Below, piece after piece: positions 16,191 to 29,435 of a stretch of 63,865 nucleotides of DNA. Each line of letters starts with the position of its first letter. Positions within the stretch are counted from its first letter, which is position 1. Source of the DNA: Candidatus Brocadiia bacterium (lineage in GTDB: Bacteria > Planctomycetota > Brocadiia > CAIUPP01). The stretch lies in the NCBI GenBank assembly GCA_050015075.1, contig JBEKCB010000030.1:1-63865 (forward strand), in the 5' to 3' direction. The notes beneath the pieces are model-generated. The model was given only the letters and a program-made list of their open reading frames with translations. It was not told the DNA's origin and ran no database searches. A program made the translations under genes and the position numbers.

Positions 16191-17207
16191 CTACTGCACG
16201 TACTCCACGTAGTTCTCCGTTTCCAGGCGGTGCATCAGCGCGTCGAAACGACTGATCCGCTTCCGCGCGAGCAGCATTTCCTCGATCGGCCGCTGGACTT
16301 CCTCGAACGCGCGCGTCCGCGCCGGTTTCCGCTCTTCCACCTTCACAATGAGGAAGCCGCTTTCCGGCCCGGAAGCCCCCGGCATCTCCGTCTCCACCGG
16401 TCCGCCGATCTCGCCCACCGGCAGTGAGAACACCAGGTCGTCCACCTGCTTCGGCAGCGTCCCTTGCTCCGTGAAGTCCCACAGCCCGCCGTCCTCCGCA
16501 TGCAGCGCCGAACGCTGCTTCGCAACCTGAGCGAAATCGGCCGGCCCTTTGAGCTGCAAAAGGAGCTCCTGCGCCGATTTCCGGGCCGCCGCGCGGTTCT
16601 GCATCTCGGTCACGCGGATGAAGATTCCGCGGAACTTCACGCGGGCCGGTTCCTCGAACTGGTTCAGGTTCTGTTCGTAATACTCGCGGACCTCCCTGGG
16701 CGCGACCGAGAGATCGCGCATGACGAACTGATAGCGGACGTAGTCCATGAGCGTCCGGTCGCGGACCTGTTCCGTGTAGGCCTGGTAAGTGAGACCCTTC
16801 TTTTGAAGCGACTCACGGAGGGCCGCTTCGCCGCCCGCATTACGGCGCTCGTCCTGGATGCGGCTTTCGACGCTCTCGTCGAAGTGTTTTTTGAATCCCT
16901 CGTTCGCGTTCAGGAGACGGTTCCCTTCGGCGACCAGCAGTTTCTCAGCGACCATCTGCCGCAGGACCGTGGCATTGAGATCCATTTTGCGCCGCCGGCG
17001 TTCATCCTGGGACAGGCTGTTATCCTTGTCCAGCTCGGCGAGCGCGGGACCGGAACGGTCTAGAACCTCCCGCAGCGTAATGACCTGTTTGTTCACGACC
17101 GCGACGACGGAATCGCGGAGCGCGAGCGGCTCGTCCGCCGCGAAGCCGAATCCTGACCCAAGGACGGCGGCAAGCCATGCGACCGCAATGACCGTCTGTC
17201 TCTTCAT
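16191..17207 (-). CDS. SurA/PpiC-type peptidyl-prolyl isomerase chaperone
   Basis: Signal peptide, VVAVVNKQVIT SurA N-terminus, DFAQVAKQRS...DGGLW parvulin motif. ATGA overlap with the mfd stop. Confidence 0.88.
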   Translation of the reverse strand: MKRQTVIAVAWLAAVLGSGFGFAADEPLALRDSVVAVVNKQVITLREVLDRSGPALAELDKDNSLSQDERRRRKMDLNATVLRQMVAEKLLVAEGNRLLNANEGFKKHFDESVESRIQDERRNAGGEAALRESLQKKGLTYQAYTEQVRDRTLMDYVRYQFVMRDLSVAPREVREYYEQNLNQFEEPARVKFRGIFIRVTEMQNRAAARKSAQELLLQLKGPADFAQVAKQRSALHAEDGGLWDFTEQGTLPKQVDDLVFSLPVGEIGGPVETEMPGASGPESGFLIVKVEERKPARTRAFEEVQRPIEEMLLARKRISRFDALMHRLETENYVEYVQ

Positions 17208-20200
17208 GGTTTCCTTCCAGCGCGCCCCGCCGCCGGGACGGACTCTCCACGTTCCAGCGCGCGGGTCAGCCAAGATATCAATTGAGCTCCGGAAATGCGA
17301 GCGCGGTGGAGCAGAACGTGGAGCGTCTTCTCATCCACTTCACGGCAGTCCGCGCCTGCGGCCGAGAAAACGCGCGCCGCGCGCTCCGGCGACGGCGCGC
17401 CGATGACCAGCGTATGATCGCGGATTGCGACACTGGCGATCCCGGCCTTCTGCGCCAATTGCCGTAACCGGGTCTCAGTCAGCAGGGCTTCGGCCTCAGC
17501 CGGGAGCTTGCCGAACCGGTCTTCCATCTCCGCTCGGAGCGCGTCGAGGTCCGACGCGTTCGTCGCCCGTTGCACTCGGCGATAGAGCTCGATCCGCTGC
17601 GACGGGTCTGCGACGTAGCTCTCCGGCAGCAGCGCTTCCGTCCCGAGCATCAGCGTCACATCGGGGCGCTCCGGCGTGGGCTGGTTCTTCAGCGCATTGA
17701 CCGCGTGCTCGAGAATGCGGCAGTACATGTCATAGCCGACCGCCGCGATGTGGCCGCTCTGCTCCGGGCCGAGGATGTTGCCGGCGCCGCGAATCTCCAG
17801 GTCGCGCATAGCGATCCGGAAGCCGGCGCCCAGCTCGGAGAATTCCTCAATCGCCTTGAGCCGCTTCTCGGCGATCGGAGTGATCGGCCGGTCCGCCGGC
17901 AGCAGCAGGTAAGCGTAGGCGCGGTGCCGATAGCGGCCGACGCGGCCGCGAAGCTGGTGCAGCTCCGCCAGGCCGAACATGTCCGCGTCGTCAATCAGGA
18001 TCGTGTTCGCGTTCGGAATATCCAGCCCGGACTGGATGATCGTCGTGCAGACCAGCACGTCCGCGCGCTGCTCCACGAAGTCGTGCATCACCTGCGCCAG
18101 CTTGCGCTCGGGCATCTGGCCGTGCCCGACGAGCACGCGCGCCTCGGGGACGAGTTCCTTGATCTTGCGCTCGGTCCGGTCAATCGTCTCGACGCGGTTG
18201 TACAGGTAGTAGACCTGGCCTCCGCGCGACATCTCGTGCAGGATCGCCTGGCGCACTTTGTTCGGGTCATAGCGGAGCAGCCGCGTGTAGATCGCCAGCC
18301 GGTCGCGCGGCGGGGTTTCCAGCGTGGAGATGTCGCGGATGCCGAGCAGCGACATGTGGAGCGTGCGCGGGATCGGCGTCGCGGTCAGCGTCAGCACGTC
18401 CACCATCGCGCGCAGCCGCTTGAGCCGCTCCTTGTGCTCGACGCCGAACCGCTGCTCCTCGTCAATAATCACGAGCCCAAGGTTCTTAAAGCGCACGTCG
18501 GGCTGGACGAGGCGGTGCGTGCCGATGACAATGTCCACGCTTCCTTCGGCCAGGTCGGCCAGAACGCGCTCCTGCTCGGCGGGCGTTCGGAAGCGGCTCA
18601 GCATCTCGATTCGCACGGGGTAATCGGCCATGCGCTCGCCGAACGTCTGTGCGTGCTGGGCGGCGAGGACCGTCGTCGGCACCAGCACCGCCACCTGCGC
18701 GCCGCCCATAACCGCCTTGAACGCGGCGCGCATAGCGATCTCGGTCTTTCCGTAGCCCACGTCGCCGCAGATCAGCCGGTCCATCGGGCGCGGACGCTCC
18801 ATATCGCGCTTCGTCTCCTCGGCGACCCGGAGCTGGTCGTCCGTCTCCTCGAACGGGAAGGCGGCTTCGAACTCGCGCTGCCAATCGCCGTCCGGCGGAT
18901 GGACGATGCCCTGCGTCGCCTCGCGCACCGCCTGCAACTGGAGCATCTCCACCGCCAGATCATGCACCGCCAGTTCCGCGCGCTGCTTGCGGGCGGTCCA
19001 GGCCTTCGTCCCGAGCGTGCTCAGCGGCGGGCGATGCTCCGACGGGCCGGCATATTTCTGGACCTGCTCGATCTGCGTGATCGGGACGTAGAGGAACGCC
19101 TTGTCGGCGTATTCGATCTTCAGGAATTCCTGTTTCGCGGAGTCGCGTTCCAGGAGCGTCATGCCGTGATATCGCCCGATGCCGTGCGTCGCGTGGACGA
19201 CCACGTCGCCCGGTTCGAGCTCGTAGAAACTCTCCGCTGCCCGCCCGTGGCGATAGCGCGGCAGGGCGCGCCGCTCGCGGTAACGCTGAAAGATCTCGTG
19301 GTGCGTCAGCAGCGCCAGCGAGAGATCGGTCCAATCGAAACCGTGCATCAGCCGTCCGATGCGGATCTCGAAGCGCGGGTCCGTCAGCACGGACGATCCG
19401 CCGAGCAGTTCGGTGAGCCGGTCGCGTTCGCCGGAATTCGCGCACAGAACCATCGTGCGCTTGCGTTCCGCCGTCACGTGCTCGAGTTCCTGGACGGTGG
19501 CCTTGAGTTCGTGACCGAAGCGCTCGACCGAATGGACGTGGAAGGTGATCGGCTCACCGCTGAAAACCCCCGGCAGCGCGGCAATGTGCAGCGTCGGGAA
19601 GCGCGAGGCCAGGCCGCGCAGCGAATCCACCGCCGAGAGCGCCGCGTTCGGCTCCGGATGGCTTGCGAAGAGGTTGGCGCGCTCGAAAATCTCCGCCGGC
19701 TCCTTCAAGAACACCCAGGTGTCTTCGGGCAGGTGGTCGAGGAGCGACGACGTGGCGCCCGGAAGTCCCGGTGAGCCTTCCTGGTCCTGATGTTCGGGCA
19801 CGGCGGTGATGGACGCCTCGGGCATTTCGGTCGTGGAAGCCTGCGTCGCCGGGTCGTAGGTGCGGATGGACTCGATCTCATTCCCGAAGAATTCAACGCG
19901 GACCGGCGCCGCGGCGGTATAGGGGAAGATATCGAGAATCCCGCCCCGGCGGCAGACTTCGCCCGGCACTTCCGCCTGGCGGACATTTTGGAAGCCCCGC
20001 TCCGTCAGCCAGCGCAGCAGTTCCTCCGGCGGCAGGACCAGTCCCGGCCGCAGGGCGCGCGTGTTTTCGCCGAGGACCGAAGGCGAAGGAGTCTGCAAGA
20101 GAACCGCCTGCACCGGCGCGACGATCAGCCGGCACGCCGTCGGAGGAGCGGAACGATCCCGCCGCAAGGCCAGATACTTCAGCACGGCCAGCCGCTGGCT

Positions 20201-20491
20201 GCGGATCTCGGCGTCCGGCAGTTCGTCCGCCTCGACCGTCTCCCAGGCCGGAAAGAGCAGCGGCAGATCGGGGAAAAAGAGGCCGACATCCTCGACGAGC
20301 GCTTCGGCCTGCTCGATCTGGGGGAGCACGCAGAGGATCGTGCGCCCGGCGCGCGAGGCCAGCGCCGTCGCCAGGCACGCCGCCGATGAACCCCAAAGTC
20401 CCTCCGCGAAGCAGCCTCGGCCGCTGCGCAGCCGCGCCTCGAGGTCCTGGAAGGGCGGGTGCTCGACCAGCATGGCGATCAGGTCTTGCAT
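17204..20491 (-). CDS. mfd: Transcription-repair coupling factor
   Basis: UvrB-homology region (RGGILDIFP), CarD-like VVHATHGIGRY, DRLICGDVGYGKT, DEEQRFG, TATPIPRTL, QLRGRVGR, TRCF C-terminus. Confidence 0.98.
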   Translation of the reverse strand: MQDLIAMLVEHPPFQDLEARLRSGRGCFAEGLWGSSAACLATALASRAGRTILCVLPQIEQAEALVEDVGLFFPDLPLLFPAWETVEADELPDAEIRSQRLAVLKYLALRRDRSAPPTACRLIVAPVQAVLLQTPSPSVLGENTRALRPGLVLPPEELLRWLTERGFQNVRQAEVPGEVCRRGGILDIFPYTAAAPVRVEFFGNEIESIRTYDPATQASTTEMPEASITAVPEHQDQEGSPGLPGATSSLLDHLPEDTWVFLKEPAEIFERANLFASHPEPNAALSAVDSLRGLASRFPTLHIAALPGVFSGEPITFHVHSVERFGHELKATVQELEHVTAERKRTMVLCANSGERDRLTELLGGSSVLTDPRFEIRIGRLMHGFDWTDLSLALLTHHEIFQRYRERRALPRYRHGRAAESFYELEPGDVVVHATHGIGRYHGMTLLERDSAKQEFLKIEYADKAFLYVPITQIEQVQKYAGPSEHRPPLSTLGTKAWTARKQRAELAVHDLAVEMLQLQAVREATQGIVHPPDGDWQREFEAAFPFEETDDQLRVAEETKRDMERPRPMDRLICGDVGYGKTEIAMRAAFKAVMGGAQVAVLVPTTVLAAQHAQTFGERMADYPVRIEMLSRFRTPAEQERVLADLAEGSVDIVIGTHRLVQPDVRFKNLGLVIIDEEQRFGVEHKERLKRLRAMVDVLTLTATPIPRTLHMSLLGIRDISTLETPPRDRLAIYTRLLRYDPNKVRQAILHEMSRGGQVYYLYNRVETIDRTERKIKELVPEARVLVGHGQMPERKLAQVMHDFVEQRADVLVCTTIIQSGLDIPNANTILIDDADMFGLAELHQLRGRVGRYRHRAYAYLLLPADRPITPIAEKRLKAIEEFSELGAGFRIAMRDLEIRGAGNILGPEQSGHIAAVGYDMYCRILEHAVNALKNQPTPERPDVTLMLGTEALLPESYVADPSQRIELYRRVQRATNASDLDALRAEMEDRFGKLPAEAEALLTETRLRQLAQKAGIASVAIRDHTLVIGAPSPERAARVFSAAGADCREVDEKTLHVLLHRARISGAQLISWLTRALERGESVPAAGRAGRKP

Positions 20492-20685
20492 GGGAACGGT
20501 CTCGAAGAGACTCTCCGGCGCGGCGGCACCGGTTCTATGGCGTGGGCTGGCCCGGCATAACGCATGACTTCATACATTCTAGTCGAAATGGCCGCGCGAA
20601 CTCAAGCTTTCCACCGATGGCGCCCGAAGCATGGAGTTCGGCCTGTAGGTTCATGTATAATGCAGCGCGAGGAAGGAGACGCCAT

Positions 20686-22016
20686 TTGACTGAATCGCTT
20701 CGCCGGGATGCCGAGAAGGTCGTCGAGACGCTTCGCGCCACAGGCCACGAGGCTTACTTTGCCGGCGGCTGCGTCCGCGACATGGTCATGGGAGTCGAGC
20801 CGCACGACTACGACATCGCCACAAGCGCGCGCCCCGAAGAGGTCGTCCGGCTTTTTCCTAGAAGTCTGACGGTCGGCGCGCAATTCGGCGTGGTGGTGGT
20901 GCTCGCCGGCTCGGGCAGTTTCGAGGTTGCGACTTTTCGGACGGACGCGCCCTCGTCCGACGGCCGCCACCCGGACAGCGTGCAGTTCTGCTCGGCGCGC
21001 GAGGATGTCGCCCGGCGCGACTTCACGATCAACGGCATGCTCTATGACCCCGTCGAGCGCCGCGTGATTGACTGGGTCCAGGGTCAGGAAGACGTCCGCG
21101 ACCGCGTGATCCGCGCCATCGGAAATCCCGAGGAGCGTTTCGCGGAGGACAAGCTGCGCCTGCTGCGCGCGGTGAGGTTCGCGGCGAGGCTCGCCTATGC
21201 CGTCGAGGAGAAGACCTACGCGGCCATCGTCCGCATGGCGCCGCACGCCGGCGAGGTCAGCGCCGAGCGCGTCCGCGACGAACTCGTTCGCATCCTCACC
21301 GGCCCGAACGCCGGCCGCGCCGTGCGCATCATGCACGATACCGGCCTGCTCAAGCCGATCCTGCCGGAGATCGAAGCGCTTGCCGGAGTCGAGCAACCGC
21401 CGCAGTTCCATCCGGAAGGGGATGTGCTCGAACACACCTGCGTCATGCTCGATGCGATGCGCAATCCCTCGACGGAACTGGCGTTGGCGGTGCTCCTGCA
21501 CGATGTCGGCAAGCCGCAGACCCAGACCTTCGCCGAGCGCATCCGGTTCGACGACCACGACCAGGCCGGCGCCGAAATCGCGCGGGACGTCTGTCGTCGC
21601 CTGCGATTCTCCAACGACCAGCTCGAGCAGATCGTCTCGCTCGTCGGCAGCCACATGCGCTTCATGGCCGTCCAGCGGATGAAGCTCAGCACGCTCAAGC
21701 GCCTCCTGGCTCTGAGCCGGTTCGACGAACACCTCGAACTCCATCGTTTGGACTGCATCTCCAGCCATGGTAAGCTGGATAATTACGAGTTTTTGCGGGC
21801 AAAGTTGGAGGAGTTCAGCGGCGAGGAGATCGCGCCTGAGCCGCTGGTGACAGGCCGCGATCTCATCGAGTTGGGATACGAGCCGGGCCCCGTTTTCAAG
21901 CGGATTCTGGATGCGGTCCGCGAGGAGCAGCTCGAGGGCCGGCTGGACAACCGCGAGGAAGGCATCGAATGGGTCCGGCAACGGAGCAAGGAATGGAAGC
22001 AGGACCAGGAGGCCCG

Positions 22017-22020
<4 letters not shown>
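20686..22020 (+). CDS. CCA tRNA nucleotidyltransferase / poly(A) polymerase family protein with HD domain
   Basis: GGCVRD, DYDIAT, EVATFR, RRDFTING, EDKLRLLRAVRF, SAERVRDEL, HPEGDV, LLHDVGK. TTG start after AAGGAG; TATAAT at 20656. Confidence 0.93.
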
Positions 22021-24742
<2,722 letters not shown>

Positions 24743-24777
24743 GAGCGTCTCGGCGGTCGGTCTCCTGGGCGAATGAA

Positions 24778-25611
24778 ATGCAGGGCGCACCCGACAACGC
24801 GCATGAGGATCTTTCCGCTTCTCCGGCATCGGGACCTGAGCGTCTCCCGCGGCACGTGGCCATCATCATGGATGGCAACGGCCGCTGGGCGCGGCGTCTG
24901 GGGCTGTCACGCCGCCGCGGACACTCCGAAGGCGCCGAGTCCGTGCGCGTGATCATCCGCGAGTGCTCGCGCCTCGGCGTCGAGCAGCTCACGCTCTATG
25001 CCTTCTCCACCGAGAACTGGCGCCGGCCGAGGACCGAAGTGCGGCTCCTCATGGCGCTGATGAAGCGCTTTCTGATCTCCGAGCGCGGAGAGTTGATCGA
25101 GAACAACCTGCGCCTGCGAGCGATCGGGCGGCTCGCCGAGCTGCCCAATGACGTGCGCGGGGCACTGGAGAAGAGCATTCAGGTCTGCGAAAAGAACACG
25201 GGCATGATCGTCCGCCTCGCGCTCAACTACGGCGGCCGGCAGGAGATTCTGGACGCAGCGCGGAAGATGGCGACCGAGGCGCGAAGAAACCGGCAGGAGC
25301 CCGAGGACTGGACCGAGCAGGATTTCAAGCGCAGCCTCTGCGATGCCGAGATGACGGACCCGGACATGCTGATCCGGACGGGCGGCGAAATGCGGCTGAG
25401 CAACTTTCTGCTCTGGCAACTTTCTTATGCCGAACTCTGGTTCACAAAAACCTGCTGGCCGGAGTTCCGCGCCGCCCATCTCCGGCAGGCCTTTCGCGCC
25501 TATGCCCATCGCGAGCGCCGTTTCGGCGGCCTGCAGGGGCGTCGCCCGGCGACGACGCATTCCGGTCCGCTCAGCGGTTCGGAGCGGGGCGCGCCGTCCC
25601 GCCCCGTCTGA
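24778..25611 (+). CDS. uppS: Undecaprenyl diphosphate synthase (isoprenyl transferase)
   Basis: PRHVAIIMDGNGRWA, YAFSTENWRRP, LNYGGR, IRTGGEMRLSNFLLWQ. Confidence 0.97.
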   Translation: MQGAPDNAHEDLSASPASGPERLPRHVAIIMDGNGRWARRLGLSRRRGHSEGAESVRVIIRECSRLGVEQLTLYAFSTENWRRPRTEVRLLMALMKRFLISERGELIENNLRLRAIGRLAELPNDVRGALEKSIQVCEKNTGMIVRLALNYGGRQEILDAARKMATEARRNRQEPEDWTEQDFKRSLCDAEMTDPDMLIRTGGEMRLSNFLLWQLSYAELWFTKTCWPEFRAAHLRQAFRAYAHRERRFGGLQGRRPATTHSGPLSGSERGAPSRPV

Positions 25612-25620
25612 GGCCCGCCT

Positions 25621-26622
25621 ATGGCACACGACGGCGAACGAGCCAGCCAAACGTTTCACATTGACCAGATCGAAAAAGCGCGCGTGCTGCTGGGCCGCCA
25701 GGACCGGCACCTGCGGCTCCTTCGCGATACGTTCGATATCCGCGTCTTCATGCGCGGCCACGTCCTGACTCTTGAGGGCGATGCGCCTGCCGTGCAATCC
25801 GCCTCGAAAGTGGTCACCGACTTGCTCGAACAACTGCATCAGAAACCGCACCTCTCCGCCGCCGAAGTGGAAGAAGCCATCTCCGGCGCAATCCAGGCGG
25901 AGCAATCTTCCAGCGACATCCACATCGAGGTCTTCACTCGCGGCCGCGCCATCCGCCCGCGCACGCCCGGCCAGGCCGCCTATCTCAAGGCGATGGCCGA
26001 GAACGACCTGGTCTTCTGCGTCGGGCCCGCCGGCAGCGGCAAGACCTATCTCGCCGTCGCGATGGCGGTGGCCGCGCTGAAGAGAGACGCCGTCCGCAAG
26101 ATCATCCTCACGCGCCCGGCGGTCGAAGCCGGCGAGCGGCTCGGTTTTCTGCCCGGCGACATGCAAGCCAAGGTAGATCCGTATCTGCGGCCGCTCTACG
26201 ATGCCCTGCACGACATGATGCCCCTGGTCCAATTGCAGCACTACGTCGAGAGCGACGTGCTCGAAGTCGCACCGCTGGCGTACATGCGCGGCCGGAACCT
26301 CGACCGGGCCTTCATTATCCTCGACGAGGGTCAGAACTGCACCCGCAAGCAGATGCAGATGTTCCTCACCCGCCTCGGCGCCTCCTCAAAGAGCATCGTC
26401 ACCGGCGACATCAGCCAGACCGATTTGCCGCCGGAGGTGCCGTCCGGCATGGTCGAAGCCATGGCGCTCCTGCGCGACGTCCAGGGCATCGGTTTCACCG
26501 CCCTGACCCAGCGCGACATCGTCCGCCACCGCCTGGTGCAGGACATCGTGGACGCGTACGAGGCGCGCGACAATGCGCTTTTGCCCGCAGGGCCCGCTGA
26601 GGGGCCCGATCGGCCGGGTTAA
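25621..26622 (+). CDS. phoH: PhoH-family ATPase (YbeZ-like)
   Basis: GPAGSGKT, LTRPAVEAGERLGFLPG, PLAYMRGR, ILDEGQN, TGDISQTDL. Confidence 0.95.
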   Translation: MAHDGERASQTFHIDQIEKARVLLGRQDRHLRLLRDTFDIRVFMRGHVLTLEGDAPAVQSASKVVTDLLEQLHQKPHLSAAEVEEAISGAIQAEQSSSDIHIEVFTRGRAIRPRTPGQAAYLKAMAENDLVFCVGPAGSGKTYLAVAMAVAALKRDAVRKIILTRPAVEAGERLGFLPGDMQAKVDPYLRPLYDALHDMMPLVQLQHYVESDVLEVAPLAYMRGRNLDRAFIILDEGQNCTRKQMQMFLTRLGASSKSIVTGDISQTDLPPEVPSGMVEAMALLRDVQGIGFTALTQRDIVRHRLVQDIVDAYEARDNALLPAGPAEGPDRPG

Positions 26623-26628
26623 TCCACC

Positions 26629-28920
26629 ATGCCCCTGTTCCCGAAACGCAGTAAATTCCGACGCGTCCCCGCCGACCGCTCGCGGCCGGTGCCCGCCGAA
26701 CCAGCGGACCTGCTGACTCCGCCGGACAGGCGGGCGGCGCGCCACCTGATCACCGCGCTTTTCCTCGGCGCAGTCGCCGTGATCCTCAATCTGCACGGCG
26801 TGGCGCCGCATTTCAAAGTGGGTGAACCGGCCGCCAGGGAGTACCGCGCCCGCGTGGCCTTCAACATCGAGGACCGTGATGCCACCCGGCGCGCCCGCGA
26901 CGCAGCCATGGCCGCCTGTCCGAGAGTCTTCCGCGAAAACCGCGAACATCTCGATCAACTGTCGCGCGACCTGCGGCGGTTCCTGAGCTCGGTGCTCGAT
27001 GCCCGCCGCAGCACTGATCTCGCCGATCTCGCGCCCAGCGCCCGGAAGAAGTGGGACATGGGCAGCGAAAAACTGCCGCTCCTTCAGGAAGGCTTCGATC
27101 GGAAGTGGCTTCAGTCCTCCATGGAAATGATCGAGATCGCGATCAACAGCGCCGCCGATCTGGGAATCATGAACAGCTCCGCCCGCAAAGTCGAGTTGGC
27201 CTCGCAGCGGGATGAGGTGGTCGTCGTCAAGGGTGATTCCGAGGCGCAGAAGGAGGTCCGGCGCAGCGTCTTCGCAACCCGCGAGTATCCCTCGGGCGTC
27301 CGCGACTGGTTCGCCGAGCAACTGGAACCGGTGCTGAAGGACCGGCCGGAAAAATTCCGCCAGATCTTTCTGGACATGTTGACGCACTGCGCGACGGCCA
27401 CGCTCACGCCGGACCTGGCTCAGACGGGCCAGGCGATCACGCGGGCACGGGACAGCGTGGCGGTGCGCTACGACGAGATCGCCAAAGACAGCGTCATCGT
27501 GGCCGCCGGCGACCTCGTGACCCAGGAAACGATGGCGGAGATCCAGGCGGAACACGAGGCGTACGCCGCGAGCGTCGCCCATGGCGAGCAGCGCGAGGCG
27601 GAGGCGAAAGAGTTCCGCCGCCAGCTCGTCAGCGCCGCCGGCATCACGGCGTTGTTTCTCATCAGCTTCGCGATTCTTGCAGGTCGCGCCGCTTTCATCC
27701 CGTCCTCGATATTGGCTTCCAACACCCGCCTCTTCGGTTTTTACGTCCTGTGGCTGACGACGCTGGCGATCATCCGCCTTTTGGAACCGCTTGGGCTCTC
27801 GCTCCAGTGGTCGCCCGTGGCGCTGGCGGGGATGATTTTCGCCGTCACCATGGGACCCGCGGGCGCCTTCGGGGCGCTGCTGCTCCTGAGCCTGCTGGCG
27901 GGACTCGCAACGGATGCCGGGCTGGGTCTCATTGTGCCGCTGCTGCTGGGCGGCTCCGTGGCCATTTTCGCGATGCTGCGGCTGAAACGGCCGACCCATG
28001 TCTTCGAAGCCGGCGTCCTGGCGGGGTTGATGCAGTTGGCCGGAGTCTGGGTCATGTGGTGCATTCACCCGCCGCAGGGCCAGGTGCTCTGGGGCGACCT
28101 GCGCCCGCCTGTCGAGGAATCGCTCGCCGCGCTTGGCAGCGGCGTGCTGGCCGGTGCGGTGATGACGGCTGCGCTCCCGTTTGTCGAGAAGTTCTTCGAC
28201 GTGGCGACGGACCTGCGGCTGCGCGAATGGACCGATCAGAACCAACCGCTGCTCCGGAAGCTGGCGATGGATGCGCCCGGGACTTATCACCACAGTACGC
28301 TGGTGAGCAACATGGCTGAAGCGGCTGCGGCGCAGATCGGGGCGAACGCCTTGCTCGCCCGCGTCGGAGGCTATCTGCACGACGTCGGGAAAATCAGCCG
28401 CCCGGAGTATTTCGGCGAGAACGCCAGCGGCCAGGCGGACCGGCACGAAAAGCTTTCCCCCATGCTCAGTGCGCTGATCCTGACCGCGCACACGAAAGAT
28501 GGCGTGGAGTTGGCGGCTCGTTACGGAGTTCCGTCGCCCATCCGTCACATCATTGCCGAGCACCACGGCACGGGCGTCGTGGAATTCTTCTACCAGAAGG
28601 CGATCGAGGAGGCAGGGCCTTCGGGCGGCGTGGTCAACGAAGAGATCTTCCGCTATCGCGGCCTGAAGCCGCACAGCCCGGAGGCGGCGATCGTGATGCT
28701 CGCCGACGCGAGCGAGTCGGCCGCGCGGAGCATGGAGTCAATATCGCCTTCGGGAATCGAACGGCTCGTGCACGACATCGTCGAACAGCGGCTGAAGGAC
28801 GGCCAACTTGACGAGTGCAGGATGAATATCACCGATATCCGGCGGGTGGAGAAGAGCCTGGTGCGAAGCCTGATAGCCGTAGCCCATCCTCGAATCCGAT
28901 ATCCGACTCTTGCCAGGTGA
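26629..28920 (+). CDS. 7TM-HD (HDIG) phosphohydrolase, PgpH/YqfF-like putative c-di-AMP phosphodiesterase
   Basis: Extracytoplasmic domain, ~7 TM helices, APGTYHHS, YLHDVGK, EHHGT, MLADASE. Typical phoH-HD-ybeY context. Confidence 0.9.
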   Translation: MPLFPKRSKFRRVPADRSRPVPAEPADLLTPPDRRAARHLITALFLGAVAVILNLHGVAPHFKVGEPAAREYRARVAFNIEDRDATRRARDAAMAACPRVFRENREHLDQLSRDLRRFLSSVLDARRSTDLADLAPSARKKWDMGSEKLPLLQEGFDRKWLQSSMEMIEIAINSAADLGIMNSSARKVELASQRDEVVVVKGDSEAQKEVRRSVFATREYPSGVRDWFAEQLEPVLKDRPEKFRQIFLDMLTHCATATLTPDLAQTGQAITRARDSVAVRYDEIAKDSVIVAAGDLVTQETMAEIQAEHEAYAASVAHGEQREAEAKEFRRQLVSAAGITALFLISFAILAGRAAFIPSSILASNTRLFGFYVLWLTTLAIIRLLEPLGLSLQWSPVALAGMIFAVTMGPAGAFGALLLLSLLAGLATDAGLGLIVPLLLGGSVAIFAMLRLKRPTHVFEAGVLAGLMQLAGVWVMWCIHPPQGQVLWGDLRPPVEESLAALGSGVLAGAVMTAALPFVEKFFDVATDLRLREWTDQNQPLLRKLAMDAPGTYHHSTLVSNMAEAAAAQIGANALLARVGGYLHDVGKISRPEYFGENASGQADRHEKLSPMLSALILTAHTKDGVELAARYGVPSPIRHIIAEHHGTGVVEFFYQKAIEEAGPSGGVVNEEIFRYRGLKPHSPEAAIVMLADASESAARSMESISPSGIERLVHDIVEQRLKDGQLDECRMNITDIRRVEKSLVRSLIAVAHPRIRYPTLAR

Positions 28921-28931
28921 GCGGGCAGGCC

Positions 28932-29423
28932 ATGCTGAGAGTGAAGGTTTCCGACCGGCGCAACATTCTGCGAAACTTCCACGCGAAGGTCATCCGCCTG
29001 CTGCGCCTCGCTGCGCCGCGCGGGTGGGCCGGCGGCGAATTGAGCCTGGCGGTCGTGGACGGTCGCGAAATGACCCGGCTCAACCGGCGCTTTACCGGGC
29101 GGCGCGGCCAGACCGATGTCCTGGCGTTTCCGCTGGCCGACGGCCCGTCCCCGGCGCTGGTGGTGGGAGAGATCGTTGTCAACGCGTCGCTGGCGGCCCG
29201 CGAGGCGCGCCGGCGCGGCGCAGAGCCGATCCATGAACTGACGCTCTACGCGCTTCACGGGGCGTTGCACCTGGCCGGCTATGACGACCATAGTCCGCAG
29301 GATCGAAGCGCGATGTATGCGCGCGAGGAGGTGATTCTGCGGCAAGCCGGGATTCCTTATACTCGGCGTCTTCCGAAGCTCCGGCGGGCGCCGGTTTGTC
29401 CCTCGCGCGTGAAGGGCGGATAG
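28932..29423 (+). CDS. ybeY: rRNA maturation RNase YbeY
   Basis: TDVLAFP, GEIVV, HGALHLAGYDD. Confidence 0.93.
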   Translation: MLRVKVSDRRNILRNFHAKVIRLLRLAAPRGWAGGELSLAVVDGREMTRLNRRFTGRRGQTDVLAFPLADGPSPALVVGEIVVNASLAAREARRRGAEPIHELTLYALHGALHLAGYDDHSPQDRSAMYAREEVILRQAGIPYTRRLPKLRRAPVCPSRVKGG

Positions 29424-29435
29424 AAAGAACAGCCC

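Noticed and set aside
26386-28674. Long antisense ORFs (e.g. 26386-28674, 17570-19774, 34010-35608, 48367-50214, 59058-61721)
   Set aside because: Shadow frames opposite well-supported genes, expected from high-GC codon bias; they carry no protein motifs.
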